A DNA stretch of 64,000 bases, taken from contig NW_015165235.1 in assembly GCF_001447785.1 (NCBI RefSeq), positions 1,800,717 to 1,864,716 on the forward strand, in the 5' to 3' direction. The notes beneath the pieces are model-generated. The model worked only from the letters and a program-made list of their open reading frames with translations. It ran no database searches and was not told the DNA's origin. The stretch is from Gekko japonicus. Taxonomy: Eukaryota. Positions 47,201-59,200 of this stretch are shown one piece after another (the stretch's first letter is position 1; each line of letters begins with the position of its first letter). The translations under genes were made by a program, and so were the position numbers.

Positions 47201-50200
47201 TAGCAACCTACCCACTCATTTAGAGCATAAAAGCTTATTTTGACCAAATCAGTGCACCAGCCCATCTAGCTTAACATTGCCTGTTTTGACTGGCAGCACC
47301 AGTTACCCAAGATCCATTAACTGCTAATGCCAGGGACTGAACTTGAGACCTTCTGCTCACACAGAATGCTCTACCACTGGGTGAGCTGCTTCCCTTCCAC
47401 ACAAGTTCTTTAGGATCTGGGCCCATGAGTTTAGGATCAGGATCTCAGAACAGGTTCATACATATCTATCTTATGACTGAAGAACCTAGAGTAAGGTTCA
47501 AAAGTTCTCCAGCAATAAGTTGAAGCAACAATTTTTCCTTATTGAGTGAGGATCCCAAAAGTTAACTGATAGGCCTAGATTTAGAACAGGGGTGCCCAGC
47601 CTCTTTGCACCTATGGGCACCTTGGAAATTCTGACACTGCATGGTGGGCACGGCCACAAAATGGCTGCCACAGAACACCTGCCACAGGAGGCAGAGCAAG
47701 CCATAAAATGGCTGCCACAGTGAAGATGCTTATGCTGTGGTGGAAGACAGGCCCGTAGCTACATTGAAGCATTCTGGGGCCCGCCCCCCGACTTCCTACC
47801 AAGGCCCCACAACTTCCCCACCTGTCAGCAGCCCCACAGGCTCCATCCTGGGCTGGCGGCCAAATCAGGCAGAATCAATTTCGGCAGGCAAAAAGACTCC
47901 TGCGTGTCAATTTCGGCTGTAGGAGATTGGGGAGTCTTTCAGCCAGCCGAATGTCAATTTCGGCCCCATTATATTCTATGGGCCATTGAAGTTAATGGCG
48001 AAAACATAGGGTATATTCTAGGGGGCTGGAGGGGAGGTGGTTTGAGGGAGAGGCTCCAAACGTGCAGGGTAGCTGCTGGAGCCTCTCCCCAAGATACCCA
48101 CCAAGTTCCAAGAACATTGGACCAGGAGGTCCGATTCTACAAGCCCCCAAACAGGTTGCCCCATCCNNNNNNNNNNNNNNNNNNNNNNNNNNNNNNNNNN
48201 NNNNNNNNNNNNNNNNNNNNNNNNNNNNNNNNNNNNNNNNNNNNNNNNNNNNNNNNNNNNNNNNNNNNNNNNNNNNNNNNNNNNNNNNNNNNNNNNNNNN
48301 NNNNNNNNNNNNNNNNNNNNNNNNNNNNNNNNNNNNNNNNNNNNNNNNNNNNNNNNNNNNNNNNNNNNNNNNNNNNNNNNNNNNNNNNNNNNNNNNNNNN
48401 NNNNNNNNNNNNNNNNNNNNNNNNNNNNNNNNNNNNNNNNNNNNNNNNNNNNNNNNNNNNNNNNNNNNNNNNNNNNNNNNNNNNNAAGTTCCAAGAACAT
48501 TGGACCAGGAGGTCCGATTCTACAAGCCCCCAAACAGGTTGCCCCATCCCCTCCATTGTTCTCTATGGTGGGAAAAAAGTAACTTTTTTCCCACCATAGA
48601 GAACAATGGAGGAGATGGGGGCAACCTGGTTCCCATCTGTTATTTAAAGGCCCCCTGACTTATTTAAAGGCCCCCTGATACTGGCTATGGGCCTGGTGGA
48701 AGATGCCATCAAAGCAACATTTTGAAAAATCTGCACAGCCAATAAAATCTCCAATGGGCTCACCTGCTTTCTGAAAACACTTGGCAGGCACCAGGAAAGG
48801 TGTCAGCGGGTACTATGGAGACCCCTGCTTTAGAAGGAGGGCAGGAGAAAAGCACCATACACAACAAGTACATATTTAGTTTATAAGGGTTTTTTAAAAT
48901 CAAAATACCTTTTCAGTCTGTGCAAGCGCTATAGTGTCTAGCAGGAAGAGACACACAGCCTGGACAAACAACAGATAGTGACTGTATTCCCACATCAACA
49001 TAAAAGTGTATGTTGAAGCGCTCACCAACAGGTAGGAAAACCTCTGCGGAAGAAAAAGGAACCAAACAGGGAGAGTTAAAAACCAAAACAGGCATCCTAG
49101 ACACAAAGCGAGTCCCAATTCAGCCCCTCCCTTGCCACAAGCCTAGAAAAACTGTCTTAGGTTGGGGTCCAGGTCTGAGGGTTACATTAGAAACACTTGC
49201 CACAACATTTTACTAATCTACCCTTGGAAATATGAGGTCTAGAAGTTTCCTTCACACACACACACACACACACACACAAACAAAATGTCACATTACTGGG
49301 ATGGCCACGATTCTAACAAGAGTCCACAGACTCCACAAGAGAGTTTCAGGGCCAGAGAATGTGCATGTCTGATGCATTTTATCAATATACAGCTCTTAAA
49401 AATGGCTGTCTATCCCATTTTTTCTATCTCTGCCTTCCCTCCAAGGGGCTCAGGGAAGTGTTCATATTTAAAATCTGAGGAACATATAGCAGGAGGACAA
49501 AGCCCCACTAAGAGCAGAAATCAGCTTATCTCTAGAAAGACACTAGGGAAGAACCACACTAACTCCTGCAGAAAGGCAAGGAAAGTGAAAACTCTTAAGA
49601 CAGCAAGAGAACAGGCCTGATTTCTTGGAGGCCAGCCTAGCCTGATTTCTAGGAGACCAAGACTGGCAAGTATTTATATGGCAGATGACTCCCCAAGATG
49701 AGGGCTTTAAAGGTCCAAACCAGAAACTCAGCTTGGGCTTGGAAACAGACTGCGAGCCCCTGCAAATGTCTCAAAACAGGTGTAACACAATGGCACTAGC
49801 TCACAGCCATCCACCAGTGAGCAGCATAAAATATTTATACTAATACATCTCCTTTCAACATTTATAGTTTACCTCAGCAGAAGAATTTGTACTGCTCTTT
49901 AAGTAGCCTGTAAAAGCTGCAACCTGACATGCAAAATATGGGAGAGCCCAATTTTCCCTTGATGGAATTGAGTAGTCTATTCTGGTTGTATCTGCCCTGA
50001 AAAGGAGACACAAACAAAAAGTAACAGACACATTTACTGAGTTATTCCTGGAAGAATAATATTAAGAAACTGGATTAAACTATTGCTCTTAACAGATGCT
50101 ACACATTAGTTCTTGACTCTTAAAAATAAGGACCTTTTGGGAACTGATCACACGTAGCCTTGCTATCTAACCCAAGGTGCTTCATATGGTTGAGAAGCAA

Positions 50201-53200
50201 ATTCCATTTAAATTCCATTTATTCCTTCCTATCATTGCTTGCAATGAAAAAGCAAGTTTCTCCTTAAAAAGAATTCAAAACACTTCCCAACCATTAAGAA
50301 CCATAACAGCATAAACATGACTGGTGAAGCAACAGGCAAAAATCCCTTTCATTGGAACCACTTTAATCTTCTAACATTCCCAACTGCAGTGTATGCATCT
50401 CCACAGAAGTTAAATGTATCAGTTAGAAACTTTCATAAAATTTCTCTATTAACACCTTAGGAATTTATTCAGTTCAAGGCAGTAAAACAGAAGAGAAGTG
50501 ACAAATAATTTCAAATTTAAAGTCTGCTTTACCTGTTAATAATGAACCAGGCGACTGTCAGCATCCCTGCTAGCCAAGTTCCGCTCATCAGCCAGCTGGT
50601 TACGAACAATGCAGTCACATAAATCCCCTGCAGCCCAAACACTATGCCAATGTAAAAATACACTGGCTCTATAACTTCCTGAAAATGAAAGAGTCTTTTT
50701 AAAAAAATGGAAAACAAGTCACAAAGAGGTACCACAACTTGGAACAGAAAGAGAAGCACAACAGAACCGAAAGGGTAGAACAGGGGTCGCGAACATGGTG
50801 CTAATGTTTTCAGAAAGTTGATGGGGCCATGTGGGGCTATTGGCCATTGGGGACTTGACTGGCTGTGCAGATGTTTAAAAGCATTGCTTTGGCAGCAGCT
50901 GTCACAACACAAGGATCGTCACAGAATGACTGCAGTTAAGCTAGAGCAGCCATTTTGTGGCTGTCTCTAACATCTATGGCAGCCATTTTGTAGCTGTGCC
51001 CACCGAAATTTGTCAGAATTCCAAAGGTGCCCACAAGCTCAAAAAAGTTGGGGACACCAGGGCAGAATATAAAGAGAGGCACTATATCAGCAGGCTATCC
51101 ATTCTGAGAAAAAGAGAACTTTTATTATTTATTTATTCAACTTCAATCCCACCCTCCCTGCAAGTGGGCTCAGTGCGGGTTACAAAATCACATACAGATT
51201 GAGACTAAAATAGCAATGACTAAAATTTAACAATAAAATTAACATTAAAATCAACCATGGAACAAATCAGAGTGAGCTCGGATGAAGACGTTTCAGAGTG
51301 GCGCAGCTGTGTAACGTGCTAGATTTAAAAGACTGAGTGCTATCAGCAGAGGGAGGGCAAGACAGATTTGGACATCCGGTGCCTCAACTGAATCTGTTGT
51401 AGTCAAAAAATTTACACCACCCATGTTAAATCAGAAGGACATTCATATGGCATAACAGATAAATAACAGAAAAGCTGAGTATAAATGTAAACAATAAATT
51501 CAGTAAATTGCTGCTCCAGAAGAACAAAATACTCATACCAGCTTATCTTGGTCTATGCAGCATTCTAATTTATTAACAGTGCCATCTAAAGCAGACTTAT
51601 ACCCTTCTAAGCCGTCTGACTTCAACAGAAGGATGCCATTCTGCGAGTGAGCTCGGATGAAGACGTTTCAGAGTGGCGCAGCTGTGTAACGTGCTAGATT
51701 TAAAAGACTATCAGCAGAGGGAGGGCAAGACAGATTTGGACATCCGGTGCCTCAACTGAATCTGTTGTAGTCAAAAAATTTACACCACCCATGTTAAATC
51801 AGAAGGACATTCATATGGCGTAACAGATAAATAACAGAAAAGCTGAGTATAAATGTAAACAATAAATTCAGTAAATTAGTATTTAAAAAAATTAAGTAAT
51901 TTGGTTGCTGCTCCAGAAGAACGTAATACTCATACCATCTTATCTTGGTCTATGCAGCATTCCAATGTATTAACAGTGCCATCTAAAGCAGATTTATGCC
52001 CTTCTAAGTCATCTGACTTCAACAGAAGGATGCCATTCTGCTTACGATGGCACTGTTAGTCTTACCTCTTTGTCCTTGTCTCCCTGTTTAGACAAAAAGT
52101 AGGTTCACACAACCCCGAGTGTATAGCGAACCATCATTTTCTGGGCCCATATTAGCTGCATCTCCATATATAGGGATAATACTCTGAAATAAAAGAAGCC
52201 TCTTGCTTTAGGCTGTGTGAGAGAGAGGGTACCTACTTCACTGCCAGATGCTTGATATAACACACTGGCAATCAACTCAGGATATAAAGTCATTTTTTGC
52301 ACTGCATTCATGGTCTTCATTGACAGAGTTCTGTTATCCCGGGTAAGTTCATACACACCTGAGGATAAGGAAAAGAACGGCATCATTTAAGAAACTTTTA
52401 GTGGTCAAGAACTACTGCAATCTGCAGGCCAATTTCATGACTATACGACACCTTTCCATGGACTGGAATTTTCAGACATAGTTTAAAATGTCAACAATAA
52501 CGCGCTCTATAAGAAACTGCTAGATGCTGTTGTAATTCACAAAGAACATGGAAGGTCACATTAGGCTGATTCACATCTCCTTGTTTGAAGAACTAGAACT
52601 TCAAGATTTCGGAAGGATGTCAATACGCTGGAAGAAGTCCAGTACAGGGCAACAAAGCTGATGAGGGGTTTGGAGCAATGCTCCCTCTAAGCCGTGGAGT
52701 CTTGTGAGCAAAAATTCTACTTTGTGAGCTACTGGCATTAAAGTTGTGAGTGAGCGATTTCGCTACTGCATAAATTAGTTTGCTCCGGAGCCATCCTTCC
52801 TGAGCTAAGACAAAAATGTGTGAGCTGGAGGGTAAAAAAGTGTGAGCTAGCTCACACTAACTCAGCTTAGAGGGAACACTGGTTTAGAGACCAAGTCTTA
52901 AGAGGAGAGACTGAAGGAGCTGGGAACCTCTGTGCTGGAGGAGAGAAATGTGTGAAGTGATATGACTGCCACCCTCCGATACCTAAAGGGACGCCATGTG
53001 GAGGATGGGGCAGATATGTTTTCAGTCATGTTGAATGAGACTGAGTTGGACTAACAGATATAAACTACAGTAAAGGAGGTGTTATCTAAATTTGAGAGAG
53101 AGGGTGAGGTGCGTCCAACAGTGAACGGTCTTCCTAGTGAGGTTGTGGATTCTATATTGTTGGAGGTTTTTAAGTGTTGACTGGATACCTACTTGTTGGG

Positions 53201-56200
53201 AATATTATAGTTGTTAGCAACGGGATGAACTAGATGACCCTGGTGGTCCTAACTCTGAGATTAAATTAAATAAAAGGTACTTTCTTCTAGGCCTTGCCTT
53301 GAATCTTCAAGATGAATTTGACAGAAAATCTAGGATCTGAACAAAATGTGGTGGTTGTTCAAACGTTAGTGGTGCAAAACAGTACAAGGAAGAGGTATTA
53401 CAAGGCCTCCCGCCAGGGCTGGTTCCAGTTCTTAATGAGCATGGGCCCTCGGCAGACAGTGCTCAGAGCCCCCCCCCACTCCCCTCCCTGGGTTAATGAG
53501 CATGGGCCCTCGGCAGACAGTGCTCAGAGCCCCCCCCCACTCCCCTCCTGTGCTCACCACCAGGGCCCCTGCTCACTCCTTCCTTCCTGCCCCCCCCACC
53601 CCCACCAGCATGCTCTTCCCTCAATGTCACTGGCAGGTGTGTGCAGCTGGGAATCCCTCTGCTGCGACTGTCACCATCCACACACTCTTCCCAGGCAGTG
53701 CTGGGCAGTCCAAGCAGCTAGAAGCACGGGAGGTAGAGTGTTTGCGTGCAGGTGGGCAAGGGGAGGGTGTGCAGACTGGTGGCAGAAGCATATGGGTGGA
53801 AGCAGTTGGCAGCAGGCCCCACCAGAAGCCCTGGGCGGATGTCCCACTTCAGGGCATGCTGATGCCGGTCCTGACTTCCACATATGGAATGAAGCCTGCA
53901 GCTTCTGTTAGCATAGTATATGGTGGATCCCACGGCCTGCCTTGAGCCGCTCCAACTTTGCTGTGAAGAAATAAAGCTGCTTTATACCATTAAACCCACG
54001 TCGAACTATTAGCCCAGCTAGCTCAGTAAAACCTACTCTGGCTGCTGCCACACGGGACAGCTGAAACATGGCTAATCAGAGCCGCACCGAACTTGAGACG
54101 CTGCGGCAGCCGCGGCGCATCGCTCCCCGGCATGATCAGATGCCGGGGAGCAAGAGTCCGATGGGAGGGGAAGGCTGCTGAACTGCGCATGCTCGAGCAT
54201 GCGCAGTACGGCTGGGGGCCAAGATGCGGCGCCGCAAGGACGCGCCGGTGGATCCCACGGCCCGCCTTGAGCCGCTCCAAGGGATACAACCACCTAGGAA
54301 GGTGGTGCTTTTTTGCTGCGCGGTATCGGCGTTTGGGACGGAACAGGGACGGGCAGGCAACGATTCCCAGATGTTGCTGTGGTATCATGCCCGTTTGCTC
54401 TGCCTCCGTTCCGTCCCGCTCCCGGCCCAAAAGGCCTCATATGGACAGGACCTCAGACTGGCAGTGGGGGTCAGGCAGAGAAATACCTTTCCCAATGCCT
54501 GCCAACCAAGACCCTTTAACTGTAGATACCAAGGACAGAACCTGGGATCTCCTGCATGAGAAGCATTCACTCTGCCACTGAGCTACGGTCCTTCCTCTCC
54601 TATGCTTGTCTGTAAAATCTAGGCCCTTACCTGCACTTTGTCATCTGCTGAACTTCAGTCTTTATGACAGCAGGCAGAAATAGAGGAAAAAACACCACCG
54701 GAACTTCAATGACTGGTGTTTAAGTCTCACTACTGTGAACCTGGCTCTCAGCATGTAGCAAGGTGCGTTTGTCTTACCTCTCTCGAAGGAAGGTGCCTTC
54801 AACAATTCTTTATAAAATGAGTAATAAACAGCGCTATCACCCTGAAAGGTGATTTCTCGCTCAAGCTCCTACAAAAAAAAAAGCACCAAAAAAAGTTATG
54901 TTCACCTTTTTCTTTAATTCAGTTTTTTTTTTTAAAGGAGAAACTACAGTTTTTTAGAGAGACAACATTTCTAGCATGGGCAAAATGGACTTCAGTCTCT
55001 TCCGGTTGGTTGCGGTTTCTCGGGAACAGTTCCTCAGGTTCCTTTGAAGGTGCCAGGAATTGAAATTGGGTCCTTCCATAAAGCAGAGATCCCTGGGCAA
55101 TTTACAGAGCTCTTCGTAGCCTTGGACCCTCATAACCATAAAACTGCCTCTCCCTGTATGCTCCGCCATGACAACTTTGCTCATCTGAACAGGGCCTTCC
55201 AGAGATACCCTGCAAAAAGCCAAGACCAACAAGCTGCCTTCTCAGTAGTGTCCCCCACCCTACGGAATGGCGTGCCTGAGGAGAAGGTTCCCATGCCTGA
55301 CTTTCTGTAAACGATATAGAACAGAACTGCTCAGGAGGGTGTTTCTTAATAAAGGAATAGGGATGAATTACAACAATACGCTTCAGGGAGATGTTTCAGC
55401 ACAGGGAACAAGACTGTGCCATCTACTACTAATATTAACTATTGCTGTACATTTTTATCTTGTTCTCACTGTATTACATTTTGGCGACCTTTAACCAGAT
55501 ATCTAAATTTAGTGGTAGAGTAATGCATAAAGTAGCATGGTTTGTTAGTTAGAAACAAGCGTATTTCAGCTGATTCTCAAACTGAATATTGTTTTGCACA
55601 ATTATAATTTATCTAATGATATTACAATGGATAATACATGATTTTCAAACCGATATATACGTGTGTTAATACCATTTCTTGCATTGTTTAAAATGTCATG
55701 TTTCATACTTCTGCCTTGTTTCAAATTTCTGCAATCTGCATCCTACTACATCGTTCATTAGATGAATCCTCCTTCCACTGATTGTGCAGATTCATATTAT
55801 GTTATCTATTTTGAGTCTCAGTGACAAAGGCTGACTATAAATACAATAAAATAAATTTAAAATTTAGTGTCAGTGGGCCGGGGGGGGAGTTCTATTTCAA
55901 AAAAAGTAAACAATGCAAGCCAAAAGTTAGGCTGCTCCTGTAATAAGGTGAAAATGCTAACAAAATCTTTGTAACTGTGCATGCTGGGTTCAGTTCAAGA
56001 ACAATCTACATCTCAGACTGCCCACCAATTTCTGCACTAGACTGTGCAGCTAGCTCTTCAGTCCTATCCACACCATCACCACTCAAAAGTACCTGCTGCC
56101 CAGGTAATCTATAGTTTCTCCTCCAGATGCTTTTGCAAGAGTTTGGTCAAGTACCTAAAACATCTCCCCTGCCTCTGCAAACAAGCCTGAACTTAAACAG

Positions 56201-59200
56201 GACTTCTACCGTGCAATCCTAACCACAGCTACACCTTTCCAAGTCCACTGAAGTCAATAGGCTTAAAAGGGTGTAACTCTGGTTAGGAATGTACCGTAAA
56301 TGACACTGAACCATGGACATGGAGAAGCAGAGGCCCCGCAACAACCATAAGACAAAACGAGGCACCAAAACAGTAGTAACTACACCTTCGCACCCACCTC
56401 CCTCTCCCTTGCATAGTTATCCTATGTAGAGATAATCATTGTCAGAAGATGCTTTTGCACCACAATGAGGAAACTGCTGCATTGTATGTGGTGGCTGCCT
56501 GATCTGGGTGCAGGCGATGCAAAAAGGCCAGTGCAACTTATGACTCACTGAATCAGGTGTAGCCATGTACTGCTGTATACCATGTGCTATGTTTTTGCAG
56601 TCCCAGGTAGGCCACAAAATCAGGATGTTCACTGAGCCTGGTGGGCTGCTATCAAGCGGTGCAGGGCAACATGACAGGCTGTACGGGCCTATGCTAGAAA
56701 CCTACAGTGCAGTCCCTATGGACAGTCACTCCAGTCTAGTTCCATTGAAACCAGTGGGCTTAGACTGAAACAGCTCTGCATAGGATTTCACTGTTTCCTA
56801 CATGGAGGTTTTCTTAAGAAAAACCTATGGAGTAGCTCTTGAGACTGGAATAAACAAGCCTGAACCTCACAATCAGATCATCAGATCTGAAGAAAAGTGC
56901 ATTTTGTTCCTAATGCCTCTACTTCCTTACCGGCCTGCCGGAGAACCAAAATCTGCGTTCGTGGTATGTTGAAAGGTACATGGCATACATCATTCCACTG
57001 ACGATGGCTGCAATGCAGCCAAAGAAAAGCTTTGCAAAACGTGGAATTAAAACATCTGCATGGGAAAGAATGGGAAAGAATGTTACAGACATCAGGAGAA
57101 GCCTTTTGAAAACTCGTTATGAGCATAAATCATCCTTTCAAAATGAAAGCAATGGTCCCTTTAATACTAGTACACTTAATCCACCAGTGATCTAGATTAA
57201 GGTTTACACAAGCTACGTACTCTAGCTCCTGCCAATAACTTCTGGCTCCTAACAATCTAATGCCTAGACACGTTTTACAATGCATCCAGAGTTTAAACAT
57301 GATATTAAGGCCAATTCACGCATGCTGGTATCCCACTAGATGCCTGGCAGATGAGCACCTGTGCTTTTGCACCGCTGAAATGCCATGTGCCTACAGGAAC
57401 TGCCTCTGATGCATGCCCAACAAAGGCTAAGCATGCATATGGAAACCAACCTTAGTCAACAGACATGTACAGTTGTTTCCAGTCTATATGGATTGTTCAT
57501 TATCTTGAAATATAAAAACAGAATGAAATGCTTTGTCTCTGAACGCAAACAAACCAAGGCCCATTCCTTGAAAAAGTCACACTTAAAAGAATTTATATTC
57601 CCACGCACATCTCTTTACAGACCATAGATTAAAATTCATAGTATTTTAACTACTAGTAATCTTCACCCAGGAGCTGCGGTGGCTCAAGTGGTTAAGATGC
57701 TGAACTGCAGGCTATGGAAGGTCGGTAGTTCAGCATTTTGAGACCCGAGTGTGCCGCATGACGGAGTGAGTTCCCGTCTCTAGTTCCAGCTCCTGCCAAC
57801 CTAGCAGTTTGAAAGCAAGAAATTGCAAGTAGATAAATAGGTACCACTTCGGTGGGAAGGTAACAGCGTTCTGTGTGCCTTGGTGTTTAGTCATGCCGGC
57901 CACATGACCACGGAAACGTCTTCGGACAGCGCTGGCTCTTCGGCTTTGAAACGGAGATGAGCACCGCAACCCTAGAGTCGGATTCGACTGGCTTTCGAGC
58001 AAGGGGACCTTTACCTTTAATCTTCACCCAGCTCCAACCACCTCAGTTAAATCCCTATCCTTAAACAGAATTCCTAGCTATCCTTTTATTTATTTACTTC
58101 CTTTCTGTTGGGGGCCCAGAGAGGCTTCCACCACTCTCCTCTCTTCCATTTTATTTTCACAGCAACCCTCTGAGGCAGTTCAGGCTGAGAGGGTGTGACT
58201 GGTCCAAGATCATCCAGCAAGCTTCCATGAGTGGGGGTTCAAACCTGGGCCTCCCACATCCTTGCCTGATACTCTGTGTTCTTTTAAGTCTCACTCGAGC
58301 TTTCTCAGTTCAATAAAATGGACTCGGGTTTCTGCAGTCTCCTAGTTCACACTAGACACAAACTACACTTTACTTGCAAAGGGGCGTAACGAAGCCCAAC
58401 AGAGCTCCTTTTTTCACAAAAGGATGCCTTAAGAGGCTTCCATTTTGAGCAGAGGAAGGATGGGAAGGGGTACTCAATTCTGCCACCTTGTGTCTGGGGA
58501 GATAAGGCAGAATATACATGTTTAAGTAAATTAAATAGAACTTTACCCCATAATGTCAATTTTTCTTTTTTTAATTTTTCTTACTTGTTTCTTTTTTTGT
58601 ATTTTTCATATGTGCATTGTGTAGTGTGTGTGCACCTGGAAGTCATGGCGACCTCTGGTGACTGTCCCCTACTGGGGGCCTGGAGGATATTCAGAGAGGT
58701 GGCTGAATAAAGCCTGCCCCCACCTCCTGACTGCTGGTATTCCAAAGAGGTCTCCCATTCCAGTACTTCCCAGAGTCGACCCTGCTTAGCTTCCGAGATC
58801 TGAAGAGATTGGGCTTGCCTGGGCTATCCAGGTCAGGGCATAATGTAAATGTTTCTGATCAAAATTACCTCTTCCCAACTATCTTTCCCTCCCTCAGGGT
58901 TCCAGACCCTTGTTTCCCAGTGTAGTACACATCTGGAACTCCACTGTGGAAAAATTAGTCAGAGTACACTGATTTTCAGCAGGCAAATAACCAACAGGAG
59001 AAAGGGTCACACACCCCAGAGGCTACTTTTCATTCATCCCATTTCTATCCCGCCCTTCTTCCATGGATCTCCGAACAGCACATAGTTCTCCATTCTCCGC
59101 CATGCCCCTCCCCCACCTCGTAGAATGGCCTGCCCGAAGAGATCAGAAAGGCTCTCATTCCACAAGTTATGTAAAACAGAACTGTTCAGGAGGGCATTTT

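Noticed and set aside
48101-48549. Direct repeat on both sides of the 48167-48485 gap
   Set aside because: Identical overlap of contig ends inside a transposon; a scaffolding artefact.
53312-54581. GC-rich ORFs (199, 149 and 162 aa) as a nested gene or DPY19L4 promoter
   Set aside because: They lie in intron 4 within TE-like sequence with tandem and palindromic parts; no recognisable protein.
58735-58835. Possible 5S rRNA gene
   Set aside because: Diverged ends, fused to a SINE body, no poly-T terminator.
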